This document shows positions 12,481-25,749 of a stretch of 38,340 nt of DNA, piece by piece; the stretch's first letter is position 1; the number at the start of each line of letters is the position of its first letter. The stretch lies in assembly GCA_943704425.1 (NCBI GenBank), contig CALSCP010001426.1, positions 1 through 38,340 on the forward strand, written 5' to 3'. Made by a program: the position numbers and the translations under genes. The notes under the pieces are model-generated. The model made no database searches and was not told the origin of the DNA. It saw nothing but the letters and a program-made list of their open reading frames with translations. The stretch comes from Ministeria vibrans ATCC 50519 (lineage: Eukaryota; Protista; Filasterea).

Positions 12481-12749
12481 CTGTAGAGACATCAAATCGA
12501 TTTAGAAATAATGTGTTAATCAGTGATTCAATAATAATTATTATCTATACGAGGAGTAATATTGTTAAATTGAATTTTTTTGACGACAACGTATCTAAAC
12601 TTTGAACGGTAAAACACTCGTGTAGTCGTGTGCTCGTGACCTCGTGCTGACGGTTTTAGTGATATTACTAATATTTTATTGAATAGGAAAATATAGAGCC
12701 CTTTATTTGACTCTGAACGCGTCATATTATTTACAGAGCGAGGAGTGAA

Positions 12750-14527
12750 TCACATGAGGCCCTGATTCTCAAAGCTAATAGCGGCAGAGGGCTTGTCGTC
12801 GGGAGCAACAGCAGTAGCAACAACAGCAAGAGCGGACGGGTCGGCGGTCGAGTCGCGCGACATGGTCGAATCAGTGCGCTTTTTGCGGCGGATGCTGATG
12901 CGGGTGGGCGCGGGCGAGAAGATGGAGTCGACGACGGCCTCAGGCACCTGTGCATCCTCAGTGATCACCTCGACGGCCGTACCTTCGTCCGCCTCGACAG
13001 GCGTCGCTAAGGTCTCTGGCGTATACTGCGGCACCGACTCCCCACCAAACGAGCCCTTGGGCCTCTGGCTCGCATTGCTCTTCTCACGCTTGATGGACGC
13101 CCGCCGCTCCTTCTCCTTCTCCTTCAAAAGAGATTTCTCGCGCTTGACCGCCTCTTTGGCCGCCTGGATGCTCTGCTTGCGTTCCACCTTGGCCTTCTCG
13201 GCCTCAACACGTGCCCGCTCGGCCTCGGCCACCTTGGCCTGCTCCTCCTTGGCACGTCGTGCCCCCTCCACCACCTTGGCCTCGGACTCTGCATGCGCCC
13301 GTGCCTGCGCCCCACTCATCGTCTGCGTGTCGCTGCTCAATTCCACCTCCACCCGTACCACGTGCACTTCGGCCACAACAGTCTCGCTTTCATCCTCATT
13401 GACGTCTCCGTCGCCATCCCGCTCTGCCTTACCCGTCTTGTTCGCCGTCTGTTCCTCCGCCTCTCCCTTTTTGTCCGCCATCCACGATGGCATGGCCGCA
13501 ATCGATCGTTGCTTGCGCGACATCTGCTTCTCGCGCAGAGCCTCGTCGTCCTCGGGTCGTGCAGATGCGGCGCGGGCCTTGCGTTGCACATACGCAAGCA
13601 CTTTGGCATCCCCTGCCCGCCACACCGCCTCAGGCAGCGTCTCGAGCGTGCCGCCGTCACCCGTGTTGCCCGCGACCACCGTCAGCGTGTGTAGTTGCGT
13701 CATTTTTATGAGGTCGTCCAGCGGAAACACCCGTAACTTGTTGTGGTCCATGAGAAGCACTTGCAGTGCCGAGAGCATCGACAGAGTGTCTGGGAGCGAA
13801 GTGATCTAAGAAAAGAAAGAAAGGAAAAAGAAAAGGTTTGGAGGAGCGACAGCAGCGGTACGCGTCAGCATGTATGCCGTACGTTGTTGTGGGAAACATC
13901 GAGCTCTACAAGATTGCTGCAGTGGCCCAGTTCGCGCGGAAGCTCCGTCAGATTGTTTTGCGACAGACGAACCACTGTGAGCTCCGAGGCCCGTCCAATG
14001 CTCGGCGGGATCCGTGACAACATGTTTTCTCTCAAATCAAGCAGCTTGAGCTCGACGAGCTCTTCAAACACATCGTCGGGGACTACCAGAGAGAATGTTA
14101 TTATTCAGGTGACCGCAAAAAGGGCAGTCGCCCACACGAGCAGAAGGGAGGCGGGCTGGAGGGCCCACGCAGGACCCCTGCATGCAGCGCAGCCCATTTC
14201 ACAGTGGGGTCGGTGTCGGTGGTCAATTCAATGTGAGTGGGAAGAGAAGAGACAATCCAAAAAAAAAAGGAAAAAAAAAGGAAAAAAAAAAATAATAAAA
14301 AACGAACCTTGCTTCAATTTTGAGGTGTGGGCATTGAAGACGACAACGCGACGGGCGAGGGCGGGCAGTGTTGCCGACCAAAAGGGGGATGGAATGGACG
14401 AAGCATTGAGTTGGAGGCTGATGGGGAAGGAGGCGGGCGGGGCGGAAGGCGCAGCGGCACCAGCCCGCCCGTGCGCCCCCCTGCCCTTGGGCGCCTCGTG
14501 GGCAGCTTTACTTGCACCTCCACCCAT
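12750..14527 (-). CDS. Leucine-rich-repeat protein with N-myristoylation-like start and charged coiled-coil C-terminus
   Basis: MGGGASK start. LRRs LKLLDLRENMLSRIPPSIG, LTVVRLSQNNLTELPRELG, LVELDVSHNN and LQVLLMDHNKL. E/K/A-rich helical tail. Internal exon boundaries partly uncertain. Confidence 0.8.
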
Positions 14528-14602
14528 GCTCAGCCAAGTGGAAAAAGTATATGTACAAGAGGCTGCTTTCATAGTGATCTTATTCAGGTTGGTTTCAAAT
14601 GT

Positions 14603-15911
14603 TTACAATTGCCACAGTGCGAGGGTGAGTGTCTCGTAGGGGCTATTGGCACCGCTCTCATACAGGCAGAATATGTTTCGCCCGTTGCTGGCGAGCGATG
14701 AGTAGGCGGCGGGTGAGGTCGAGAGGGCGACGTACGGCAGCCACGAGAGCCCACCGTCGAGGGACTGGATCACGCCCATGTGTGTGCGACTCGTTGCCAT
14801 GGGCTGACTGGCAAGCAGCCGGGCACCGCCCACGGCAAGAATGCTACAACGAAAGAGGAATATAAAATAAAAAAACAAAAAAAACAAAAACAAAAAAGAG
14901 ACGGAAAGACGAAAGAGTGGGTGTACCTGCCCTCACAGGCAGTGCTGGGAAAGGCGGCGCCAGCTGCATCCGACGCATTCACCCAGGAGACGCCCAGGTC
15001 GCTGCTCCAAGCAATGCTACGACGTCCATTGCTATTGCGCATCCACAGGACGAGGCGACCGTCGTCCAGCTGTGCCACCTGCGCCTCGCCCGTCCCGGCC
15101 CACCCTACATGCGCTTGCTTCTTCCAGCCCGTCTCGCTGCCGTCTCCGACAATCACGTAGCTCTCATTCTGGTACGCCCCCACCACAAAGCCACCCTTTT
15201 TCGCCTGAATGCCTCCCGGAGGACCCGTGCCAAAGAATCCCTATGCAATGCGAGTGCCAACGAAAATGTCAATGCGGAATCAAACAGCACTACGAACCTG
15301 TCCAATGTAGCTTGTTGTCGACGTGATATCAAAGGGATCGGTCCAGGTTGCTCCCTGGTCGTGGCTCGACATGACAAACGCCTTGGTGTTGTCGCGGTTG
15401 AAGAGCAGATGCACAGAGCCCGACGCCGCATCAAACACGGGCGCTACCACGCGAGACAGACGGCGTCAAGGGATCGCGAGGCGGCAAAGGGGCTCTTACC
15501 GGGATTGCCAATGGACGTGGCGTGCGGGTACTCGTCGCGGACAACCACAATGGGCCCCCACGACACTCCACAGTCGGTCGACTTCTTGTACACGATCATG
15601 ACATCGCCATGGTCGCCGCACTTGGCCGCCTTGTCGTGCAAGCCGCGGCCTTCCGCAAACGCTAGGATCGTTTCTTCGCCCACAAAAAGGACTGGACGGC
15701 GGCAGAGGGGGGNNNNNNNNNNGGGGGGGTTAGAAAGAAAGAAAGGGGGTTTAGGTCAGTTTGTTGTTGACATCGATTTACGTGCGGGAATGCGAAAGCA
15801 ATAGTAGCCACCCTCGCCGCTCGAGAACACCACAGAAGAATTCACAGAAGGCTCTGCCAAGGTCGCTGGCGTTGTGAACAGAAGAACAAGGCCCAGTAGC
15901 AGGCGAATCAT
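14603..15911 (-). CDS. Secreted/lysosomal exo-alpha-sialidase (GH33, NEU1-like)
   Basis: Signal peptide MIRLLLGLVLLF, FRIP motif (GGYYCFRIPA), ILAFAEGR, Asp-boxes STDCGVSW, SSDLGVSW and SLDGGLSW, LWMRN, AAYSSL, CLYES. Several introns, one containing a short N gap (15713-15721). Confidence 0.9.
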
Positions 15912-16658
15912 GAGAACAATATACTTTTAAAGTGAAACTTGAAAGAGTTCTTATAGCTAATCAAAAACTATTCACTGTTCTTTGTCGTTGACGTTCAGCC
16001 CCTCTTAAAAGGGCCAAACTCCCCGTTTTTGTTCTAGTGATCAATAATTTAGCTTTTACTTGCACACGTGCCCTCCAGTACTTGATTCCGCACCGCCTGT
16101 GCACGTCGCTGTCCCTCTGCTTGCTGTTCTGTCGTGAGGCGAACCGGAGAATGGTGAGTTGCCTTTTGATCTCCAACTCTTGCAAGTGCCCTTGTGCGCG
16201 CCCAAGCGAACCGTCTCTTTGAAATGGTCTCCCCGCTCGCCTCCGTGGTCAATGGGCCTCCTTTGCTGTGTGTCTGCCTTGTCTCGTTTTTTTCCATCTT
16301 TTTCGAAAGAACACGTCGCCACTTGCGACATGCTTGGCTTGGGCGCATCACGAAGGCACCCTGGGGCTTCCATGGCCGCGCATGTCACATGCATGCGCAG
16401 CAGCGACCTGATTGTGCGGTGGTTCTCGCAGGCGCACTGGGACATGCGCTGAGTCGCTTTGCGTTGACATGTCAGCCTCAAGCACTCTCTTGGGCCCCAC
16501 AAAACCCTTTTCCGCCCCTTAATGACAATCATGCGCCTGTGTGCAATTCTATTCCCCTCCATCCGCTACTCCTACGCGTACCTGTCGTCTTTTAACTTTT
16601 TTTTCTCGCACCGGACTTTTTTTTTTTCTGTGCGACTGACATTTTGGCGTAGGAGTCC

Positions 16659-17890
16659 ATGCTGGACACCTCGCCGCCCGAGGTGACCCCGGAGGCGGGC
16701 GATTCTCTACAGCAAGCACCGCCAATGCCCCCCATGCGCCCCGCTATGCGTCCTATTCGCCCAAAGTCCAAGCATAAGCAAAAGTCGCGGTAAGTTTCAG
16801 TCGTCGCTCTGTCTCGTCGTGCAAGCGCCCCTGCTGCCGCTACGCGGCTGTGGAAGCATTAGTCATGTGTATGGCGTTTGTTTTGTGACTTTCCCTCTCA
16901 GTTTTTGCTCAAGTTCAGACACACTACTTCTTATCTCTCTCTCCTCTGTCTCTCTCATTAGGTATGTAAGACCAGGCAAATGTGATCATTGTAAAACGGA
17001 AAAGACACCGCTGTGGCGCAAGTGGGAAAACTTGACACTCTGCAACGCGTGCGGCCTCTGTACGTGATGCACCCTTGTGTGTGAACCACTCGCCTTCTAA
17101 ACCATCTTCACTTTTTTTGTTGTAGACATGCGCGTGCACCATCAGAAGCGCAATCCCGAGGCTATTTTGGCGTTGCTTCCGGGCGGAAAAACACGGCCGG
17201 CAAAAGGCGAGGAGACAAAGAGGGAATCGGAAGAGGGCACGGCAACAACACACTCCAATTCCGATGTGTCTGCGTCGCACGAGGCGTCCGCGCCCGCACC
17301 AGCACAGTCGTCGTCCGCACCTCAACAACGGTCGTCATCGTCGTCGTCGTCGTCTTCGTCGTCTCAATTGTCACGGCGCGACGCCTCCTTGGCATCAGAG
17401 CTGATTCTTCCACGCCAACTACGAGATCGGTCCCTTCTGCGTCCCGTGGTTGCACCCCAGTCGCACCACCGCTCCTCCACCACCTCCTCCCCCGCCTCCA
17501 CTGCCACACGCACCAACTACACTGCCGCCACCACTGCGTTTGATGCGCTTTTTGAGTCGTCCGACGTATGTGCCGTCTGCCATGATCTCAACCTGCCAGC
17601 GGTATTTTACACCAATGGTCTGCCAAATTCATTCACACGTTTCTCTTACTGTATCGATTGTAGCGCATGGCATCACAGCCTTTGCCCTCCACGGCCGATC
17701 GCTCGCCCTGGGTTCAATGCGCCGATGTACGACTTGCATAATTCATTTTTTATTATAAATCTCATCTCTATTTTTAGTGTGACTTATGGTTTCATAAACT
17801 GTGCGTGTCAACTGAACTGGCGGCTTTGAGCGAGTACGAAATTACGCATTATCCGTTTGGGTGTCGCGATCACGATAAACGACGCGGGCG

Positions 17891-17928
<38 letters not shown>

Positions 17929-18635
17929 ACGCAACAACATCGGCAACAACAACAACAGCAACAGCAGCAGGGGCAACTGCAACCGTCTCTGCATCTGCTG
18001 CTGTTCCTGCTGCAGTAGCTACTGCTGCTGCTACTACTACCACTCCAGTGACGCACGCAATGACGCGTGGTACTGCATTGGGAACGAGTGGTGGGGCTAT
18101 GACTGCTGTTGATGGATCTTTGGCGGGTGCGCAGCCTATGGCAGTGTGGCAGGTCAAAGAGGAACTGGAGACGCTGTGTGCTGCTGCTGCGGTGGCTGGA
18201 GATGGTAGTACCATGGCGGCGTCGTCATCGTCATCACTGGGGGGAACATTTGTGGACGAGCACGATGTGGACCAGGTGCGGTGCGTGACGCCCTTAGATC
18301 TTATGCTGGGCGGGGCGGGGTTAGCTGGTGTGGCAGGCCAGGGTTATAGTGGGGGTGCCGGTGGCGGCAATGGGCAGCGGACGGGTCTGAACAGCGGACG
18401 AAGCAGCATCGGCAGCACACTGGGCAGTCAGAGCACACGCAGCACGCCCGTTGAGGCACCTTTGACGTCACTTCTGCTGGCGGATACGCCCTCTGCTTCG
18501 ACCCTTATGGACACGACAGACACGGACGACTTCTTGCGCGACGTCGATGCGTCTCTGTCGCCTTACCTGCCTGAGGATAAGAGCAAGCTCAGCATTCTCG
18601 CTGCCAGTCTTAAGGCCATGGTGGACCTTGTCTAG
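16659..18635 (+). CDS. GATA-type zinc finger plus PHD finger transcription regulator
   Basis: Spliced GATA finger CDHC-KTEKTPLWRKWENLTL-CNACGLYMR. PHD finger assembled across two short introns: CAVC...WVQCAD|CDLWFHKLC...YPFGCRDH. Low-complexity Ala/Thr/Ser C-terminus. Confidence 0.85.
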
Positions 18636-18783
18636 ACACTTGAAAAATACACGACATTTATTGAACAGTTGACACACTAAAATTCAAATTTCAAATTTCA
18701 GGAGGGTGAGTCCTAATGAACTAATAAAGTTAATAGAAATAATTAATAATAAAAATAATATTTAAATATTATAATTATTTTTA

Positions 18784-18829
<46 letters not shown>

Positions 18830-18867
18830 TAAAATTAATTTTATTGTATGTATATTCACTGGAAGAA

Positions 18868-21800
18868 TTAGCGCCAAGCAACCTTGCCAACGGTGAGCAG
18901 TGCCTTGTCAAGCGCCGCGGAACGAGTGCCATCGCCCACCTTCCACTCGCCCGGTCGCTTCTCGCGCAACACTATGGACGTGACAAGCAAGGATATGCCG
19001 CTCTTGCTACAGCGCAGTCCAGGGCTCAGCGACACCTCATTGCGCCCAATGCATAGATGTAAACGGTCGGGCACGGCAACCACCGCTCCTTTGGCCAGCC
19101 CCACGCCGCCCGGTGATACCTCTGTGATGGTGCCTCGCTGGGCTCGCCGCAGTCGTAAGGTGCCGTTTAAAAAGGTTGGCGAGGCTGAGGCCGCGCCCCC
19201 TGACACATCCGGCTCCCATGCGTCAATGTTCGGCGGAATGATGCGGTCGAGCAGCGTCATAAAGTCATCGACGGCATGCATATTGGTGCGCACATCGCTG
19301 AGAAAGCGGGTGCGTGCCTCGAGAGCACGTGCCGCCAGTTCTTCGGGCGACGGCAGCACAAATGGAGGTACGGCCGCGTCGAGGAGTGTGGTGAGAGAGG
19401 CGCTGTTGGGCACGTAGGTGTCCTCTTCGAGAGCCTCCGTGTGGAGTACGTTAGGAACGTTGTCGCACACGCGAGTGCTCGCGAAGCGTTTGGTACTGTT
19501 ATTTGACGCGATCGTCTCGAGGAAAGACAGGCAGCGCAGCAGACCTGTCCAGCTACCGACGCGCGCTGCGCGACGCCACTCGGACAATTCACTGTGTAAT
19601 TGACTGATGGTAAATGCCTCGTAGCGAATGTAGTGCTCGAGGGCAATGAAAATATCGGCTCCATTGAGACGGGCCTCCATTTCGGCGACGGTGGTTGCAC
19701 CCGCTCGAATGGTTCCCGAGAAGTGAGGTATGGCAAGCGACGAGCGCGTGCGACTGGGCATGGCAAGCGGCGCAGGACGCGAGGATTTGCGTGGGTTGCC
19801 CAGCGAGACGGCTGAGCGCGGCGGAATCTCGGGAATGGCGGTGTGCGCATGACCATCGACAGGGACACTGCTTATCTCGGGCAGCTGGTCACTGCCGGTG
19901 TCGTTGGACGAGACGTCGGTGATGTCTGCGCCATCCTCGAGCGCGTCGAGTTCCAGCCGTGTGTCAGGCACGGTTGTGCCAGCACCTCTGTTCAACTGCG
20001 ACGATACTGATGTCGTCGCCCCAACCGCCGCGAGTGCGGTGTTGTCCGGCTCGACGTCGGCAGTACTTGTGGGAACAGTATCGACCACACTTGCATAGGC
20101 TGGAGCCGGTCCAAGATCCGCCATCTCCTCCTGGTCATCCTCTGTGTCTGCCCCGGCTGCTGTTGCCTCTTCTTGGATGTACCTGAGTGGTGGTGGCACC
20201 GGCGGCACATCCGTCTCAAGCTCGTCGTCGGGCTGCGCCACAACGACCATTTTTACGCGACGCTGCCAGGCGGCGCGCCGTTCCATCCAACTCCCCATCA
20301 TCACGCCGGCGTCAACCAGAGTTCTCTCGACAGCCAGCAGACGTCGCTTGACGGCTTGGCGATCGCGGGCAACATCGGAAGCTTTGGCATACATGACGAT
20401 GAGCATGGCCAACACGCCAAAAATGACAAGGTAGCCACAGAGCAGCATCACATAGACACGACCCGACGTGGTCGAGCGGAAGACTGTCTGAGCGAGCAGC
20501 AGCGAGAGCGCGGTCCATGCCGACAGAGCATAGCCGGTCGCCTTTACCAGCCACATGGCCGTCGAGTTGACGGGTGCGTAGCCGTAGAGGCGGGGAAAGA
20601 GAGCGAGGGAAAAAAGGAGAACAAGCGAGAGCGCAAGCAAAAGAGAGAGTGCGACCACGGGCGCCTGAGATCCGAGAAAGACGGCACATATGACCATCAT
20701 GGCCTTGATCAGACTGCTGAGCGCCGAGAAAAGACGAGCCGTGCGCAAGTCTACGTCGGCCGTGCCATCACTCAGTCGGTAGCTAATGCCCAAAATGACG
20801 GCGGTGATGGTGTACCAGGCAAAAGCAAAGAATCCCACGGCAGCCATGGTGGAGTGCGAGCCGGTCCAGCACACAACAGAAGGATCGTCGCGGAGCAGTG
20901 CGGGCGCCGCGTTGGTGCAGGCGAGCACGGAGAGTAAGCTCTCGCAGACGGTAACAAAGAGCACGTCGCCCAGAAGAGAGGCAAGCAGTCGCCAGCCAAC
21001 GGACTTGCGAACGGTGTCGCGGGGCACGTGATCAACGACCCGCTCAAGCACTTCGGGCGCCGAAATGGTCAAGACCCACAGGGCAAAGAGCGCCACGGCC
21101 AGCCACAGGCGTACTTCGACCGAGCCAAATCCGTCGTTGAAAAGGAGGCCACGTGCCGCCGTCTCAAGACCGTGTGCCAGCGGAATCAACAGGTTAGGCA
21201 ATGAGAAGGAGAGCGCAACCAACTGGAGCGTCTCCAACAGCTCGCCTGCCAGCACAAGCACATTAGCCCAGTTCCAGCGGACAAACTTGAAAGGCTCGGC
21301 GGGCGCCTCGCGCGCTGATTGACGAGGCAGCAGAACGAGAAGGGTACCAAGGAGGGCTAAGCTAAAAGAGAGGGTGGCCACGAGAGGCAGGGACACATTA
21401 CCCGCTGCAATCCAGCTCGATGCGAGGTCGAGTGTAAACCAGAGAGGGAAGGCCATGGAGAGGACTGCAAGCACGGCTGCCACCACAACCGAGAGAGTCG
21501 CCGAAAAGTGCTCTTTGAGAGCGCGCTGAAAGGCCTCGACAGGGAGCAATGCGGACCAGAGCAGCGTCGCAACCAGGAAGCGATAGGTGCTCCAGCGCGT
21601 GAGGAGCGACAAAGCCTGTGAGATGTCCTCGAGCACGTCGGGTGGATACTCAAGAGCCCGATCACGCGCGAGTCGCCACGAGCGCTGTTGGAAGAGATCA
21701 CGAGCAAGGTCGGAGAGAAGTGGAAGGGCACGCCACACACACACCAGAGTGAGAAGAATGGAGAAGACCCCGGCAGCGTCGCGAGCGTATTCGCGCAGGG

Positions 21801-24509
21801 ATTCAATGGCAATGTCACGACGGTCGTACCAACGGCGCTGAGTGTCGCGCACGAGCTGGGGAAAGCGATAGATGCCAAAGAGATTGAGAAGCACAAGCGA
21901 GGCGTACACAAAGGAACCGTGTGTGAGGCACGCGACCACCACGGAGCGAGTTTCGGCACGCGTCCGCGACGACAAACCCGTCTCGCTGGCCCACAGGGGT
22001 ACGGATGGTGACTTGAAGTCAGCAAGATCGGAGTGTACCTGTTCAAGAACACTCGCCAAGGATGCTTCATCCTTGGCAAGTGTCATCAGGTTGGCACGGT
22101 GGCACGTGTCGTCGGGTCGGCGCACAAAAGCCACCTCGTGCTTGAGACGTGCCTGAAGGAGACGTACACGTTCGCTTCGTTCGAGCCAGACAAGTTTGTG
22201 GAGCAGGTGACCAAACCGAGCAGACTCTCCAAGCGACCCAAGTTCGTTGTGGGCGTCAAGCTGCGCCTGAAGCAATTCCACGTAGCGCGAGTGGAGTGCG
22301 TCACGCAGGGAAAGCGAGTACGCTGTGCGTTTGATGGATGTGCTCAGCAAATCTGCCGCCTGGGCGAGCGCTTCGGCGCGCTCTGCCTCGACAATGCCCA
22401 AGACCGTCTCGACAATGCGGCGCTGGCGGCGATGGTCGTGGTGGACGTCATCTTCGAGAAGATGCACAAAGATGGCAATGGGACGGGCACACACAAGGAC
22501 AAGGAAAAGAAGGAGATGCACCAGGTCGATGAGAAAGAGACGCGCCTCGCTGACCACTGTGATTTCAAACTCCTTGTAAAAATCGGAGGAGGAAGCAAGC
22601 GCACCCAAGAGTGACATAGTGCGCAGGCCCGTGAGTGCCAGAAACAGGGCAATGGCAAGCAAAGGAATGTCAATGAGGAGCAGGGCAAACTGAGTGGCGA
22701 TTTTGCGACGGAGGGGCCAGGCACTGAGCGATGTGACAGGGGACGCCTCGAGAGCCGCACGTTGTCCAAAAGGCGAGTGGTCGGTGGGCATGGCGGAGGC
22801 GGTGATGGAGGCACCTGCGTCAATACCAGCACGGAGGGCGGCAGCCGTTGCTTGCTGCGCCTGGCGACGGGCACGTTCAGATGCCCACTTGGCACGTACC
22901 TTGCGGATGGTGCGGACGAGAGGAGGAGAACGCCAGAGGGTAACAAAGACGAACAGCGCTAGCAACAGTACGCAGGGGTCGACGAGCGTCACAAAGGCAT
23001 GGTAGACGAGGCGGAGGCGAACGTCGTGTTGGCGTGTGCGACTGTCGTGACTGCTGGCGTTGTCGGAGTCGAAGGGACGCGCAAAGAAGCGGCCGCGGTA
23101 CGGAGCGGCGACAATGGCACAGAGGAGACAAGGCACGTCGAGGACGAAAAGACCCGCCTCAATGAAGATGAGCTCGCGTACGTTGTTCTGCGTCCACTTC
23201 CAGTTGATGTGACGCACCTGATCGACGGCAAAGTAGAGTCGCCAGGTGAGCAGAGCCAAGGGCAACACCGCAATGGTGGCAATGTCTGCGACGAGCAGAA
23301 GGAGGTTTTCAAAGACAAGGCTACGCGCGTCGCGAAACATGGAACTTGTCCAGGTTTTGTCGCCGGGAAGAGCATGACGGCGCAGATCGCGCACGAGAAA
23401 GGGCAGACGGGTGGTGCAGCAGAGAGCAAGACCAAGGAGAAGACAGGGCAGGTCGGCAAAGAGGACGAGAAAGCAGTGGCGTACAATGACAAAGCGCATC
23501 CTCAGACCCAACTTGTCCCCCTTGACAGCGGCCATTTTCGCGCGGACTAGGCGATGTCGCCACGACAGCAGCACAATAATTCCGGTGGGCACAAAAACCA
23601 AGTCGACAAAGAGCATTGCAAAGTGTCGCAGGATGATGGAGCGGTAGTCCCAGACAATACTTGAATTGTGTTGTTTGACAGCCCGCAAGTCGCGCCAGAG
23701 TGCCAGGCACCGCCAACCAGTAACGTGAAGCACAAGGAAGGGTGGCAGAACAAACACCAGGTCAAAGACAACCAGGCAAAACATCTGAACACAGAGAAAG
23801 CGACTGAAAGACGAAAATAAAAAGGGGAAAACGAGAGCGAGAGCAAAGTGAGAAGAGGTACGGAGAGCGAAGTGTGTATGTGCGTGAGAAAAAGAAGTGG
23901 GAGGGACAAAGTGATAGAGAGTGAGTTTGAAATTTGAGAGAGTGTGTTTGAGAGAGAGAAAGAGAGAAAGAGATAAAGAGAGTGAGAGAGAGTGAGAGTG
24001 AGAGAGAGTGAGAGAGAGTGAGAGAGAAAATGATGGAGAGAGATACAAAGATAACAAAATAAGAGAATAACAGAAGAACGTAACAAAGTATGAGAGAGAG
24101 AGAAGAAGCGACAAAGAGAAGAGGAAGAGAAAAGTAGCAAAGTGGAAGAAGATAACAAAGTGATAGAAACAGAGAGCGCAAGAAAGAGAAACAGAGAAAT
24201 AGAGAGAGTGCGTGCCCGACAGAGGACAGACGGTGACAGGCACCGTGTAGAAGTGTGCGCAGCCTTACTCGCAATCCCAGTCAGTCAATTCTTTGACGAG
24301 TGTTCGGAATTTGTAGACAGTCAGAAAGACAACGAGCCCGCAGACAAGGCATATCCCATCCAAGAGACGCTCCCCAAGAAACTCGAGCACCGTCCATATC
24401 GACCACAGCGCCTACATCGCCAGAAGTGTGAGTTTCAAAAAAACCGATTCTTATTTTGGAAGAGGCAAACCTTCTTGATCACCCAGGCGACCGCCTCAAT
24501 GAGTTCCAT
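18868..24509 (-). CDS. Large multipass membrane protein of unknown function with ~10 hydrophobic repeats
   Basis: Long coding exon ~23784-18868. The ORF's N-terminal CT-rich part is intronic. Probable start MELIEAVAWVIKK at 24509. Many TM segments and a LRDDPSVVCW..H motif. Confidence 0.75.
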
Positions 24510-24872
24510 GGTCGCAGACTTGGAGGATGGTGATGGGGGAGAGAGCCTCGACCGACACGGCAAGAAAGCAAATAATATGAATGAGTAGAATCGATATTCG
24601 ATGGTCGAACGACGGATGAATTCAAATTGGCTCGCTCATCAAGATCGGCGCGCGCCCCTCTCGCACGCTCCACCGCCTTCACGCGACCCCCCTCCCTTCT
24701 GCCCTCAACGTGGCAGTTTCTTTTTCTTTTTTCTTCTTTTTGTGTATCGCTCAAGTGGTACGCGGTGACTTGTCCGGTGAGGAGTGATTGTCGAGTGACA
24801 GTCGAGCTTAACGACAAAGTATGAAAATACATTCATTTCAATTTTTAATTATTTTTCTCTGTGTGTCTCAGT

Positions 24873-25418
24873 ATGCTCGTCGAGGGAGTCGGTGACGAAG
24901 TGCTTGTAGCGTTTGTCGTGCTCTTGGGAAGTGGGATGGTTCTTGTGGTGAGCTGTCTCGAAGCACTCCATTCCCGACTGACTCCGTTGCGCGCGACGCC
25001 AAGCGCCTCGTCAGCGCGTCCCTCTGCACCTGGCTCGCCAAACGAAGCGCTGCCGTCGAACCCAGCGACGTCGTCCGAGTCTGGGAGGGATGCGAGTGAG
25101 AGGACGGCACGCACAAGTGAGGAGACGGCGAACGAGCGCCTTGACGACTTTGCTGCTCGCCAACGCCTCGATCTGCGCCACCAAGTCGACTTGTTCACGG
25201 TGCCTCTTCAGTCCCACAAAATTGGTTTTGGCCTGTGCGCCTTTTTCTTTGTCACAATGCTTTCGGAACCGATCCTGTCGCTGGGCGCTCTGGCGTTCGC
25301 TGCCGTCCTTTCGTACATTGTCTACCTCCGATACCTACTGTGCATCTATGGCGTCCCGGCGGTCGGCGTCGTCGATACTGTTGATCTCGATCGGACAGTT
25401 TCTGTGAACAATAGGTAG
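24873..25418 (+). CDS. Small membrane protein with TMUB1/RNF170-like N-terminus
   Basis: Starts MLVEGVGDEVLVAFVVLLG (compare TMUB1 MTLIEGVGDEV). Low-complexity middle and C-terminal hydrophobic hairpin. No ubiquitin-like or RING domain visible. Confidence 0.6.
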   Translation: MLVEGVGDEVLVAFVVLLGSGMVLVVSCLEALHSRLTPLRATPSASSARPSAPGSPNEALPSNPATSSESGRDASERTARTSEETANERLDDFAARQRLDLRHQVDLFTVPLQSHKIGFGLCAFFFVTMLSEPILSLGALAFAAVLSYIVYLRYLLCIYGVPAVGVVDTVDLDRTVSVNNR

Positions 25419-25489
25419 AGATAGATGTGTCTTGAAGAATGAGTGACCTTTCTAATTAATTTATTAACACGCCTCACAATCAACTCTCG

Positions 25490-25749
<260 letters not shown>

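Noticed and set aside
12793-13809. 338-aa plus-strand ORF
   Set aside because: Antisense shadow of the LRR protein's coiled-coil exon.
15961-16600. Overlapping ORFs between the sialidase and GATA genes
   Set aside because: No domain signal; likely divergent promoter and 5' UTR.
17590-17730. Unspliced CIDCSAWHHSLC read as the PHD core in ORF 17128-17829
   Set aside because: A spliced reading (intron ~17602-17663) gives canonical WVQCADCDLWFHKLC and stays in frame with the last exon; the unspliced frame hits a stop.
23785-24243. S/L/F-rich N-terminus of the 1791-aa ORF and parallel ORFs
   Set aside because: Translation of a CT-rich intron; an acceptor (TTCAG) lies at ~23785.
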